DNA from: the human T2T-CHM13v2.0 reference genome, Homo sapiens
DNA: 64,000 bases
NCBI RefSeq assembly: GCF_009914755.1
Contig: NC_060939.1
Strand: one strand, 5' to 3'
Part shown: positions 10,223-25,200 of the stretch, piece after piece
Layout: each line of letters opens with the position of its first letter
Position numbering within the stretch: position 1 is the stretch's first letter
Made by a program: the position numbers and the translations under genes
Notes under the pieces: model-generated
Database searches by the model: none
What the model was told of the DNA's origin: nothing
The model's input: only the letters and a program-made list of their open reading frames with translations

Positions 10223-13200
10223 AAATATCCATTGCAGATGGTACAAAAAGTGAGATTCAAAACTGCTCAATCCAAAGGTAGTTTCAACCATGTGATATGA
10301 ATGCACACAGCACAGAGAATTTTCTCAAAATGCGTCTGTCTAGTTTTTATTTGAAGATATTTCCTTTTCTACCATAGGCCACAAACGTCTCCAAATATCC
10401 ACATGCAGCTTCTACAAAAAGAGAGATTCAAAACTTCTCAATCAAAAGATAGGTTCAACTCTGTGAGTTGAAAGCACACCTCACAGAGAAGTTTCTCAGA
10501 GTGCTTCTGTGTGTTTTTATGTGAAGATATTTCCTTTTCCACAATAGGCCTCAAAGCTCTCCAAATATCTGCGAGCAGAGTCTACAAAATGAGAGATTCA
10601 AAACTGCTCAATGAAAAGATAGGTTCAACTCTGTGAGTTGAATGCACACCTCCAAAGAAGTTTCTCAGAATGCTTCCGTGTAGTTTTTATGTGAAGATAT
10701 TTACTTTTCCACAGTTGTCCCAAAGCTCTAAAATGTCCACTTGCAGACCCTCCAAAAGAGTGTCTCAGAATTGCTCAATCAAAGGGAAGGTTCAATTCTG
10801 TGTGACCAATGCACTCATCACAAAGAAGTTTGTCTGAATGCTTCTGTGTAGAATTGATTTGAAGATAATTCCTTTTCCACCACAGTCCGCAAAGGGCTAA
10901 AAATATCCACTTGCCGATTCCACAAAAAGAGAGATTCAAAACTGCTCAATCACAAGATAGGTTCAACTTGGTAATTGGAAAGCACACATGACAAACAATT
11001 TCTGAGAATGTTTCTGTGTAGTTTTTAAGGGAAGATATTTGATTTTCAAATGTAGGCCTCAAATCGCTCCAAATATCCACTTGCATATTGTACAAAAAGA
11101 GAGATTCAAAACTGGTCACTCAAAAGTTAGGTCCAGCTCTGTGAGCTGAATGCACACATCACAAAGATGTTTCTCAGAAGGTTTCTGTATAGTTTCTATA
11201 TGAAGATATTGGCTTTTCCACAATATGCCTCAAATCTCCCCAATTATCCACTTGCAGATTCTAGAAAAAGAGTGTTTCAAAACAGCTCAATCAAAATAAA
11301 CTTTCAACTCTGTGAGATCAATGCACACATCACAAAGAAGTTTCTCAGAATGCTTCTGTGTAGTTTTTTTTGTGAAGATATTTGATTTTCCACAGCAGGC
11401 TTCCAAGCACTCCAAATATCCACTCGCAGATTCTGCAAAAAGAGAGATTCAAATCTGCTGAATCAAAAGATAGGTTTAACTCTGTGACTTCAATGCACAC
11501 CTCACAAGGGTGTTTCTCAGAAAGCTTCTGTGTAGTTTTTATATGAAGATATCTCCTTCTCCAAAGCAGGTCTCAAAGCCCTCCAAATATTCACTTCAAG
11601 ATTCTACGGAAAGATTGTCTCAACACTGCTAAATCTAAACAAATGTTCAACTCTGTGTGATGAATGCACTCATCACAGAGAAGTTTCTCTGAATGCCTCT
11701 GTGTAGTTTTTATTTGAAGATATTTGCTTTTCCAGTATAGGGCGAAATAGGGCTCCAAATATTCACTTGCAGATTCTACAAAAGGAGAGATTCCAAACTG
11801 CTCAATCAAAACATAGGTTCAACACTGTGAGTTGAATGCACACATCACAAAGAAGTTTCACAGAGTGCTTCTGGGTAGTTTTTATTTGAGGATATTTCCC
11901 TTTCCACAATAGGCCTCAAAGCTTTCCAAATATCCACTTGCAGATTCTGCAAAAAGAGAGATACAAAACTGCTCTATCAAAAGATAGATTCGACTCTGTG
12001 AGTTGAATGCCAACATCGCAAAGAAGTTTCTCAGAATGCTTCTCTGCAGCTTTTTTGTGAGTATGTTTCGTTTTCCACCATAGGGCGAAATGGGGCTCCA
12101 AATATCCACTTGCATTTCCTACAAAAAGAGAGATTCTAAGCTGCTCAATCAAAACATTGTTTCAACACGGTTAGTTGAATGCACACATCCCAAAGATGTT
12201 TTTCAGAGTGCTTCTGTGTGGTTTTTATGTGAAGATACTTCCTTTTCCACAATAGGCCTCAAATCTCTGTAAATATCCACTTGCAGACTCTACAAAGAGT
12301 GTTTCCAAACTGCTCAATCATAAGATAGGTTCAACTCCGATAGTTGAATGCACACATCACAAAGAAGTTTCTCGGAAAGCTTCTGTGTAGTTTTTGATGA
12401 AGATATCTTCTTCTCTAAAACAGAACTCCAAGCCCTCCAAATATTCACTTCAAGATTCTACGGAAAGATTGTCTCAAACTGCTAAATCAAAACAAAGGTT
12501 CAACTCTGTGTGATGAATGCATTCATCACAAAGAAGTTTCTCTGAGTGCTTCTGTGCAGTTTTTATTTGAAGATAATTGCTTTTCCAGTATAGGGCGAAA
12601 TAGGGCTCCAAATATTCACTTGCAGATTCTACAGAAAGAGAGATTCCAAACTGCTCAATCAAAACATAGGTTCAACACTGTGAGTTGAATGCATACATCG
12701 CAAAGAAGTTTCACAGAGTACTTCTGGGTGGTTTTTATTTGAAGATATTTCCCTTTCCACAATAGGCCTCAAAGCTTTCCAAATGTCCACTTGCAGATTC
12801 CACCAAAAGAGTGTTTCGAAACTGCTCAATCAAAAGAAAGGTTCTACTCTGTGGGATGAATGCACACATCACAAAGTAGTTTCTCAGAATGCTTCTGTGT
12901 AGTTTTTATGTGAAGATATTTGTTTTTCCACAGTAGGCCCCAAAGAGCTCCAAATATTCACTTGCAGATTCTACAAAAAGAGTGTTCCAAAACTGCTCAA
13001 TCATGAAATAGGATCAACCCTGTGAGATGAATGTACGTATGACAGAGAAGTTTCTCAGAATGCTTCTGTGTAGTTTTTATGCGAAGATATTCGACTTTCC
13101 ACAGTACGCCTCAAAGTTCTCCAATTATCCACTCGTAGATCCCGCAAAAAGAGAGATTCAAAACTGCTCAATCAAAAGATAGTTTCTACTCCATTAGCTG

Positions 13201-16200
13201 AAAGACCACATCACAAAAAAAGTTTCTCAGGATGCTTCTGTGTAGTTTTTATGTGAAGATATTTGGTTTTCCACAGTAGGCCTCAAAGCGCTCCAAATAT
13301 CCACTCACAGATTCTGCAAAAAGAGAGATTCAAAACTGCTGAATCAAAAGACAGTTTCAACTCTGTGACTTCAGTGCACACCTCACAAGGATGTTTCTCA
13401 GAATGCTTCTGTGTAGTTTTTATATAAAGATATCTCCTTCTCCAAGATGGATCTCAAAGTTCTCCAAATATTCACTTCCAGATTCTATGGAAAGATTGTC
13501 TCAAAACTGCTCAATCAAACCAAAGGTTCAACTCTGTGAGATGAATGCCCACATCACAAAGAAGTTTCTCAGAGTACTTCTGTGTAGTTTCTATTTGAGG
13601 ATAGTTCCTTTTCCACCACAGACCAGAAAGGGCTCCAAATATCCATTGCAGATGGTACAAAAAGTGAGATTCAAAACTGCTCAATCCAAAGGTAGTTTCA
13701 ACCATGTGATATGAATGCACACAGCACAGAGAATTTTCTCAAAATGCGTCTGTCTAGTTTTTATTTGAAGATATTTCCTTTTCTACCATAGGCCACAAAC
13801 GTCTCCAAATATCCACATGCAGCTTCTACAAAAAGAGAGATTCAAAACTTCTCAATCAAAAGATAGGTTCAACTCTGTGAGTTGAAAGCACACCTCACAG
13901 AGAAGTTTCTCAGAGTGCTTCTGTGTGTTTTTATGTGAAGATATTTCCTTTTCCACAATAGGCCTCAAAGCTCTCCAAATATCTGCGAGCAGAGTCTACA
14001 AAATGAGAGATTCAAAACTGCTCAATGAAAAGATAGGTTCAACTCTGTGAGTTGAATGCACACCTCCAAAGAAGTTTCTCAGAATGCTTCCGTGTAGTTT
14101 TTATGTGAAGATATTTACTTTTCCACAGTTGTCCCAAAGCTCTAAAATGTCCACTTGCAGACCCTCCAAAAGAGTGTTTCAGAATTGCTCAATCAAAGGG
14201 AAGGTTCAATTCTGTGTGACCAATGCACTCATCACAAAGAAGTTTGTCTGAATGCTTCTGTGTAGAATTGATTTGAAGATAATTCCTTTTCCACCACAGT
14301 CCGCAAAGGGCTAAAAATATCCACTTGCCGATTCCACAAAAAGAGAGATTCAAAACTGCTCAATCACAAGATAGGTTCAACTTGGTAATTGGAAAGCACA
14401 CATGACAAACAATTTCTGAGAATGTTTCTGTGTAGTTTTTAAGGGAAGATATTTGATTTTCAAATGTAGGCCTCAAATCGCTCCAAATATCCACTTGCAT
14501 ATTGTACAAAAAGAGAGATTCAAAACTGGTCACTCAAAAGTTAGGTCCAGCTCTGTGAGCTGAATGCACACATCACAAAGATGTTTCTCAGAAGGTTTCT
14601 GTATAGTTTCTATATGAAGATATTGGCTTTTCCACAATATGCCTCAAATCTCCCCAATTATCCACTTGCAGATTCTAGAAAAAGAGTGTTTCAAAACAGC
14701 TCAATCAAAATAAACTTTCAACTCTGTGAGATCAATGCACACATCACAAAGAAGTTTCTCAGAATGCTTCTGTGTAGTTTTTTTTGTGAAGATATTTGAT
14801 TTTCCACAGCAGGCTTCCAAGCACTCCAAATATCCACTCGCAGATTCTGCAAAAAGAGAGATTCAAATCTGCTGAATCAAAAGATAGGTTTAACTCTGTG
14901 ACTTCAATGCACACCTCACAAGGGTGTTTCTCAGAAAGCTTCTGTGTAGTTTTTATATGAAGATATCTCCTTCTCCAAAGCAGGTCTCAAAGCCCTCCAA
15001 ATATTCACTTCAAGATTCTACGGAAAGATTGTCTCAACACTGCTAAATCTAAACAAATGTTCAACTCTGTGTGATGAATGCACTCATCACAGAGAAGTTT
15101 CTCTGAATGCCTCTGTGTAGTTTTTATTTGAAGATATTTGCTTTTCCAGTATAGGGCGAAATAGGGCTCCAAATATTCACTTGCAGATTCTACAAAAGGA
15201 GAGATTCCAAACTGCTCAATCAAAACATAGGTTCAACACTGTGAGTTGAATGCACACATCACAAAGAAGTTTCACAGAGTGCTTCTGGGTAGTTTTTATT
15301 TGAGGATATTTCCCTTTCCACAATAGGCCTCAAAGCTTTCCAAATATCCACTTGCAGATTCTGCAAAAAGAGAGATACAAAACTGCTCTATCAAAAGATA
15401 GATTCGACTCTGTGAGTTGAATGCCAACATCGCAAAGAAGTTTCTCAGAATGCTTCTCTGCAGCTTTTTTGTGAGTATGTTTCGTTTTCCACCATAGGGC
15501 GAAATGGGGCTCCAAATATCCACTTGCATTTCCTACAAAAAGAGAGATTCTAAGCTGCTCAATCAAAACATTGTTTCAACACGGTTAGTTGAATGCACAC
15601 ATCCCAAAGATGTTTTTCAGAGTGCTTCTGTGTGGTTTTTATGTGAAGATACTTCCTTTTCCACAATAGGCCTCAAATCTCTGTAAATATCCACTTGCAG
15701 ACTCTACAAAGAGTGTTTCCAAACTGCTCAATCATAAGATAGGTTCAACTCCGATAGTTGAATGCACACATCACAAAGAAGTTTCTCGGAAAGCTTCTGT
15801 GTAGTTTTTGATGAAGATATCTTCTTCTCTAAAACAGAACTCCAAGCCCTCCAAATATTCACTTCAAGATTCTACGGAAAGATTGTCTCAAACTGCTAAA
15901 TCAAAACAAAGGTTCAACTCTGTGTGATGAATGCATTCATCACAAAGAAGTTTCTCTGAGTGCTTCTGTGCAGTTTTTATTTGAAGATAATTGCTTTTCC
16001 AGTATAGGGCGAAATAGGGCTCCAAATATTCACTTGCAGATTCTACAGAAAGAGAGATTCCAAACTGCTCAATCAAAACATAGGTTCAACACTGTGAGTT
16101 GAATGCATACATCGCAAAGAAGTTTCACAGAGTACTTCTGGGTGGTTTTTATTTGAAGATATTTCCCTTTCCACAATAGGCCTCAAAGCTTTCCAAATGT

Positions 16201-19200
16201 CCACTTGCAGATTCCACCAAAAGAGTGTTTCGAAACTGCTCAATCAAAAGAAAGGTTCTACTCTGTGGGATGAATGCACACATCACAAAGTAGTTTCTCA
16301 GAATGCTTCTGTGTAGTTTTTATGTGAAGATATTTGTTTTTCCACAGTAGGCCCCAAAGAGCTCCAAATATTCACTTGCAGATTCTACAAAAAGAGTGTT
16401 CCAAAACTGCTCAATCATGAAATAGGATCAACCCTGTGAGATGAATGTACGTATGACAGAGAAGTTTCTCAGAATGCTTCTGTGTAGTTTTTATGCGAAG
16501 ATATTCGACTTTCCACAGTACGCCTCAAAGTTCTCCAATTATCCACTCGTAGATCCCGCAAAAAGAGAGATTCAAAACTGCTCAATCAAAAGATAGTTTC
16601 TACTCCATTAGCTGAAAGACCACATCACAAAAAAAGTTTCTCAGGATGCTTCTGTGTAGTTTTTATGTGAAGATATTTGGTTTTCCACAGTAGGCCTCAA
16701 AGCGCTCCAAATATCCACTCACAGATTCTGCAAAAAGAGAGATTCAAAACTGCTGAATCAAAAGACAGTTTCAACTCTGTGACTTCAGTGCACACCTCAC
16801 AAGGATGTTTCTCAGAATGCTTCTGTGTAGTTTTTATATAAAGATATCTCCTTCTCCAAGATGGATCTCAAAGTTCTCCAAATATTCACTTCCAGATTCT
16901 ATGGAAAGATTGTCTCAAAACTGCTCAATCAAACCAAAGGTTCAACTCTGTGAGATGAATGCCCACATCACAAAGAAGTTTCTCAGAGTACTTCTGTGTA
17001 GTTTCTATTTGAGGATAGTTCCTTTTCCACCACAGACCAGAAAGGGCTCCAAATATCCATTGCAGATGGTACAAAAAGTGAGATTCAAAACTGCTCAATC
17101 CAAAGGTAGTTTCAACCATGTGATATGAATGCACACAGCACAGAGAATTTTCTCAAAATGCGTCTGTCTAGTTTTTATTTGAAGATATTTCCTTTTCTAC
17201 CATAGGCCACAAACGTCTCCAAATATCCACATGCAGCTTCTACAAAAAGAGAGATTCAAAACTTCTCAATCAAAAGATAGGTTCAACTCTGTGAGTTGAA
17301 AGCACACCTCACAGAGAAGTTTCTCAGAGTGCTTCTGTGTGTTTTTATGTGAAGATATTTCCTTTTCCACAATAGGCCTCAAAGCTCTCCAAATATCTGC
17401 GAGCAGAGTCTACAAAATGAGAGATTCAAAACTGCTCAATGAAAAGATAGGTTCAACTCTGTGAGTTGAATGCACACCTCCAAAGAAGTTTCTCAGAATG
17501 CTTCCGTGTAGTTTTTATGTGAAGATATTTACTTTTCCACAGTTGTCCCAAAGCTCTAAAATGTCCACTTGCAGACCCTCCAAAAGAGTGTTTCAGAATT
17601 GCTCAATCAAAGGGAAGGTTCAATTCTGTGTGACCAATGCACTCATCACAAAGAAGTTTGTCTGAATGCTTCTGTGTAGAATTGATTTGAAGATAATTCC
17701 TTTTCCACCACAGTCCGCAAAGGGCTAAAAATATCCACTTGCCGATTCCACAAAAAGAGAGATTCAAAACTGCTCAATCACAAGATAGGTTCAACTTGGT
17801 AATTGGAAAGCACACATGACAAACAATTTCTGAGAATGTTTCTGTGTAGTTTTTAAGGGAAGATATTTGATTTTCAAATGTAGGCCTCAAATCGCTCCAA
17901 ATATCCACTTGCATATTGTACAAAAAGAGAGATTCAAAACTGGTCACTCAAAAGTTAGGTCCAGCTCTGTGAGCTGAATGCACACATCACAAAGATGTTT
18001 CTCAGAAGGTTTCTGTATAGTTTCTATATGAAGATATTGGCTTTTCCACAATATGCCTCAAATCTCCCCAATTATCCACTTGCAGATTCTAGAAAAAGAG
18101 TGTTTCAAAACAGCTCAATCAAAATAAACTTTCAACTCTGTGAGATCAATGCACACATCACAAAGAAGTTTCTCAGAATGCTTCTGTGTAGTTTTTTTTG
18201 TGAAGATATTTGATTTTCCACAGCAGGCTTCCAAGCACTCCAAATATCCACTCGCAGATTCTGCAAAAAGAGAGATTCAAATCTGCTGAATCAAAAGATA
18301 GGTTTAACTCTGTGACTTCAATGCACACCTCACAAGGGTGTTTCTCAGAAAGCTTCTGTGTAGTTTTTATATGAAGATATCTCCTTCTCCAAAGCAGGTC
18401 TCAAAGCCCTCCAAATATTCACTTCAAGATTCTACGGAAAGATTGTCTCAACACTGCTAAATCTAAACAAATGTTCAACTCTGTGTGATGAATGCACTCA
18501 TCACAGAGAAGTTTCTCTGAATGCCTCTGTGTAGTTTTTATTTGAAGATATTTGCTTTTCCAGTATAGGGTGAAATAGGGCTCCAAATATTCACTTGCAG
18601 ATTCTACAAAAGGAGAGATTCCAAACTGCTCAATCAAAACATAGGTTCAACACTGTGAGTTGAATGCACACATCACAAAGAAGTTTCACAGAGTGCTTCT
18701 GGGTAGTTTTTATTTGAGGATATTTCCCTTTCCACAATAGGCCTCAAAGCTTTCCAAATATCCACTTGCAGATTCTGCAAAAAGAGAGATACAAAACTGC
18801 TCTATCAAAAGATAGATTCGACTCTGTGAGTTGAATGCCAACATCGCAATGAAGTTTATCAGAATGCTTCTCTGCAGCTTTTTTGTGAGTATGTTTCGTT
18901 TTCCACCATAGGGCGAAATGGGGCTCCAAATATCCACTTGCATTTCCTACAAAAAGAGAGATTCTAAGCTGCTCAATCAAAACATTGTTTCAACACGGTT
19001 AGTTGAATGCACACATCCCAAAGATGTTTTTCAGAGTGCTTCTGTGTGGTTTTTATGTGAAGATACTTCCTTTTCCACAATAGGCCTCAAATCTCTGTAA
19101 ATATCCACTTGCAGACTCTACAAAGAGTGTTTCCAAACTGCTCAATCATAAGATAGGTTCAACTCCGATAGTTGAATGCACACATCACAAAGAAGTTTCT

Positions 19201-22200
19201 CGGAAAGCTTCTGTGTAGTTTTTGATGAAGATATCTTCTTCTCTAAAACAGAACTCCAAGCCCTCCAAATATTCACTTCAAGATTCTACGGAAAGATTGT
19301 CTCAAACTGCTAAATCAAAACAAAGGTTCAACTCTGTGTGATGAATGCATTCATCACAAAGAAGTTTCTCTGAGTGCTTCTGTGCAGTTTTTATTTGAAG
19401 ATAATTGCTTTTCCAGTATAGGGCGAAATAGGGCTCCAAATATTCACTTGCAGATTCTACAGAAAGAGAGATTCCAAACTGCTCAATCAAAACATAGGTT
19501 CAACACTGTGAGTTGAATGCATACATCGCAAAGAAGTTTCACAGAGTACTTCTGGGTGGTTTTTATTTGAAGATATTTCCCTTTCCACAATAGGCCTCAA
19601 AGCTTTCCAAATGTCCACTTGCAGATTCCACCAAAAGAGTGTTTCGAAACTGCTCAATCAAAAGAAAGGTTCTACTCTGTGGGATGAATGCACACATCAC
19701 AAAGTAGTTTCTCAGAATGCTTCTGTGTAGTTTTTATGTGAAGATATTTGTTTTTCCACAGTAGGCCCCAAAGAGCTCCAAATATTCACTTGCAGATTCT
19801 ACAAAAAGAGTGTTCCAAAACTGCTCAATCATGAAATAGGATCAACCCTGTGAGATGAATGTACGTATGACAGAGAAGTTTCTCAGAATGCTTCTGTGTA
19901 GTTTTTATGCGAAGATATTCGACTTTCCACAGTACGCCTCAAAGTTCTCCAATTATCCACTCGTAGATCCCGCAAAAAGAGAGATTCAAAACTGCTCAAT
20001 CAAAAGATAGTTTCTACTCCATTAGCTGAAAGACCACATCACAAAAAAAGTTTCTCAGGATGCTTCTGTGTAGTTTTTATGTGAAGATATTTGGTTTTCC
20101 ACAGTAGGCCTCAAAGCGCTCCAAATATCCACTCACAGATTCTGCAAAAAGAGAGATTCAAAACTGCTGAATCAAAAGACAGTTTCAACTCTGTGACTTC
20201 AGTGCACACCTCACAAGGATGTTTCTCAGAATGCTTCTGTGTAGTTTTTATATAAAGATATCTCCTTCTCCAAGATGGATCTCAAAGTTCTCCAAATATT
20301 CACTTCCAGATTCTATGGAAAGATTGTCTCAAAACTGCTCAATCAAACCAAAGGTTCAACTCTGTGAGATGAATGCCCACATCACAAAGAAGTTTCTCAG
20401 AGTACTTCTGTGTAGTTTCTATTTGAGGATAGTTCCTTTTCCACCACAGACCAGAAAGGGCTCCAAATATCCATTGCAGATGGTACAAAAAGTGAGATTC
20501 AAAACTGCTCAATCCAAAGGTAGTTTCAACCATGTGATATGAATGCACACAGCACAGAGAATTTTCTCAAAATGCGTCTGTCTAGTTTTTATTTGAAGAT
20601 ATTTCCTTTTCTACCATAGGCCACAAACGTCTCCAAATATCCACATGCAGCTTCTACAAAAAGAGAGATTCAAAACTTCTCAATCAAAAGATAGGTTCAA
20701 CTCTGTGAGTTGAAAGCACACCTCACAGAGAAGTTTCTCAGAGTGCTTCTGTGTGTTTTTATGTGAAGATATTTCCTTTTCCACAATAGGCCTCAAAGCT
20801 CTCCAAATATCTGCGAGCAGAGTCTACAAAATGAGAGATTCAAAACTGCTCAATGAAAAGATAGGTTCAACTCTGTGAGTTGAATGCACACCTCCAAAGA
20901 AGTTTCTCAGAATGCTTCCGTGTAGTTTTTATGTGAAGATATTTACTTTTCCACAGTTGTCCCAAAGCTCTAAAATGTCCACTTGCAGACCCTCCAAAAG
21001 AGTGTTTCAGAATTGCTCAATCAAAGGGAAGGTTCAATTCTGTGTGACCAATGCACTCATCACAAAGAAGTTTGTCTGAATGCTTCTGTGTAGAATTGAT
21101 TTGAAGATAATTCCTTTTCCACCACAGTCCGCAAAGGGCTAAAAATATCCACTTGCCGATTCCACAAAAAGAGAGATTCAAAACTGCTCAATCACAAGAT
21201 AGGTTCAACTTGGTAATTGGAAAGCACACATGACAAACAATTTCTGAGAATGTTTCTGTGTAGTTTTTAAGGGAAGATATTTGATTTTCAAATGTAGGCC
21301 TCAAATCGCTCCAAATATCCACTTGCATATTGTACAAAAAGAGAGATTCAAAACTGGTCACTCAAAAGTTAGGTCCAGCTCTGTGAGCTGAATGCACACA
21401 TCACAAAGATGTTTCTCAGAAGGTTTCTGTATAGTTTCTATATGAAGATATTGGCTTTTCCACAATATGCCTCAAATCTCCCCAATTATCCACTTGCAGA
21501 TTCTAGAAAAAGAGTGTTTCAAAACAGCTCAATCAAAATAAACTTTCAACTCTGTGAGATCAATGCACACATCACAAAGAAGTTTCTCAGAATGCTTCTG
21601 TGTAGTTTTTTTTGTGAAGATATTTGATTTTCCACAGCAGGCTTCCAAGCACTCCAAATATCCACTCGCAGATTCTGCAAAAAGAGAGATTCAAATCTGC
21701 TGAATCAAAAGATAGGTTTAACTCTGTGACTTCAATGCACACCTCACAAGGGTGTTTCTCAGAAAGCTTCTGTGTAGTTTTTATATGAAGATATCTCCTT
21801 CTCCAAAGCAGGTCTCAAAGCCCTCCAAATATTCACTTCAAGATTCTACGGAAAGATTGTCTCAACACTGCTAAATCTAAACAAATGTTCAACTCTGTGT
21901 GATGAATGCACTCATCACAGAGAAGTTTCTCTGAATGCCTCTGTGTAGTTTTTATTTGAAGATATTTGCTTTTCCAGTATAGGGCGAAATAGGGCTCCAA
22001 ATATTCACTTGCAGATTCTACAAAAGGAGAGATTCCAAACTGCTCAATCAAAACATAGGTTCAACACTGTGAGTTGAATGCACACATCACAAAGAAGTTT
22101 CACAGAGTGCTTCTGGGTAGTTTTTATTTGAGGATATTTCCCTTTCCACAATAGGCCTCAAAGCTTTCCAAATATCCACTTGCAGATTCTGCAAAAACAG

Positions 22201-25200
22201 AGATACAAAACTGCTCTATCAAAAGATAGATTCGACTCTGTGAGTTGAATGCCAACATCGCAAAGAAGTTTCTCAGAATGCTTCTCTGCAGCTTTTTTGT
22301 GAGTATGTTTCGTTTTCCACCATAGGGCGAAATGGGGCTCCAAATATCCACTTGCATTTCCTACAAAAAGAGAGATTCTAAGCTGCTCAATCAAAACATT
22401 GTTTCAACACGGTTAGTTGAATGCACACATCCCAAAGATGTTTTTCAGAGTGCTTCTGTGTGGTTTTTATGTGAAGATACTTCCTTTTCCACAATAGGCC
22501 TCAAATCTCTGTAAATATCCACTTGCAGACTCTACAAAGAGTGTTTCCAAACTGCTCAATCATAAGATAGGTTCAACTCCGATAGTTGAATGCACACATC
22601 ACAAAGAAGTTTCTCGGAAAGCTTCTGTGTAGTTTTTGATGAAGATATCTTCTTCTCTAAAACAGAACTCCAAGCCCTCCAAATATTCACTTCAAGATTC
22701 TACGGAAAGATTGTCTCAAACTGCTAAATCAAAACAAAGGTTCAACTCTGTGTGATGAATGCATTCATCACAAAGAAGTTTCTCTGAGTGCTTCTGTGCA
22801 GTTTTTATTTGAAGATAATTGCTTTTCCAGTATAGGGCGAAATAGGGCTCCAAATATTCACTTGCAGATTCTACAGAAAGAGAGATTCCAAACTGCTCAA
22901 TCAAAACATAGGTTCAACACTGTGAGTTGAATGCATACATCGCAAAGAAGTTTCACAGAGTACTTCTGGGTGGTTTTTATTTGAAGATATTTCCCTTTCC
23001 ACAATAGGCCTCAAAGCTTTCCAAATGTCCACTTGCAGATTCCACCAAAAGAGTGTTTCGAAACTGCTCAATCAAAAGAAAGGTTCTACTCTGTGGGATG
23101 AATGCACACATCACAAAGTAGTTTCTCAGAATGCTTCTGTGTAGTTTTTATGTGAAGATATTTGTTTTTCCACAGTAGGCCCCAAAGAGCTCCAAATATT
23201 CACTTGCAGATTCTACAAAAAGAGTGTTCCAAAACTGCTCAATCATGAAATAGGATCAACCCTGTGAGATGAATGTACGTATGACAGAGAAGTTTCTCAG
23301 AATGCTTCTGTGTAGTTTTTATGCGAAGATATTCGACTTTCCACAGTACGCCTCAAAGTTCTCCAATTATCCACTCGTAGATCCCGCAAAAAGAGAGATT
23401 CAAAACTGCTCAATCAAAAGATAGTTTCTACTCCATTAGCTGAAAGACCACATCACAAAAAAAGTTTCTCAGGATGCTTCTGTGTAGTTTTTATGTGAAG
23501 ATATTTGGTTTTCCACAGTAGGCCTCAAAGCGCTCCAAATATCCACTCACAGATTCTGCAAAAAGAGAGATTCAAAACTGCTGAATCAAAAGACAGTTTC
23601 AACTCTGTGACTTCAGTGCACACCTCACAAGGATGTTTCTCAGAATGCTTCTGTGTAGTTTTTATATAAAGATATCTCCTTCTCCAAGATGGATCTCAAA
23701 GTTCTCCAAATATTCACTTCCAGATTCTATGGAAAGATTGTCTCAAAACTGCTCAATCAAACCAAAGGTTCAACTCTGTGAGATGAATGCCCACATCACA
23801 AAGAAGTTTCTCAGAGTACTTCTGTGTAGTTTCTATTTGAGGATAGTTCCTTTTCCACCACAGACCAGAAAGGGCTCCAAATATCCATTGCAGATGGTAC
23901 AAAAAGTGAGATTCAAAACTGCTCAATCCAAAGGTAGTTTCAACCATGTGATATGAATGCACACAGCACAGAGAATTTTCTCAAAATGCGTCTGTCTAGT
24001 TTTTATTTGAAGATATTTCCTTTTCTACCATAGGCCACAAACGTCTCCAAATATCCACATGCAGCTTCTACAAAAAGAGAGATTCAAAACTTCTCAATCA
24101 AAAGATAGGTTCAACTCTGTGAGTTGAAAGCACACCTCACAGAGAAGTTTCTCAGAGTGCTTCTGTGTGTTTTTATGTGAAGATATTTCCTTTTCCACAA
24201 TAGGCCTCAAAGCTCTCCAAATATCTGCGAGCAGAGTCTACAAAATGAGAGATTCAAAACTGCTCAATGAAAAGATAGGTTCAACTCTGTGAGTTGAATG
24301 CACACCTCCAAAGAAGTTTCTCAGAATGCTTCCGTGTAGTTTTTATGTGAAGATATTTACTTTTCCACAGTTGTCCCAAAGCTCTAAAATGTCCACTTGC
24401 AGACCCTCCAAAAGAGTGTTTCAGAATTGCTCAATCAAAGGGAAGGTTCAATTCTGTGTGACCAATGCACTCATCACAAAGAAGTTTGTCTGAATGCTTC
24501 TGTGTAGAATTGATTTGAAGATAATTCCTTTTCCACCACAGTCCGCAAAGGGCTAAAAATATCCACTTGCCGATTCCACAAAAAGAGAGATTCAAAACTG
24601 CTCAATCACAAGATAGGTTCAACTTGGTAATTGGAAAGCACACATGACAAACAATTTCTGAGAATGTTTCTGTGTAGTTTTTAAGGGAAGATATTTGATT
24701 TTCAAATGTAGGCCTCAAATCGCTCCAAATATCCACTTGCATATTGTACAAAAAGAGAGATTCAAAACTGGTCACTCAAAAGTTAGGTCCAGCTCTGTGA
24801 GCTGAATGCACACATCACAAAGATGTTTCTCAGAAGGTTTCTGTATAGTTTCTATATGAAGATATTGGCTTTTCCACAATATGCCTCAAATCTCCCCAAT
24901 TATCCACTTGCAGATTCTAGAAAAAGAGTGTTTCAAAACAGCTCAATCAAAATAAACTTTCAACTCTGTGAGATCAATGCACACATCACAAAGAAGTTTC
25001 TCAGAATGCTTCTGTGTAGTTTTTTTTGTGAAGATATTTGATTTTCCACAGCAGGCTTCCAAGCACTCCAAATATCCACTCGCAGATTCTGCAAAAAGAG
25101 AGATTCAAATCTGCTGAATCAAAAGATAGGTTTAACTCTGTGACTTCAATGCACACCTCACAAGGGTGTTTCTCAGAAAGCTTCTGTGTAGTTTTTATAT

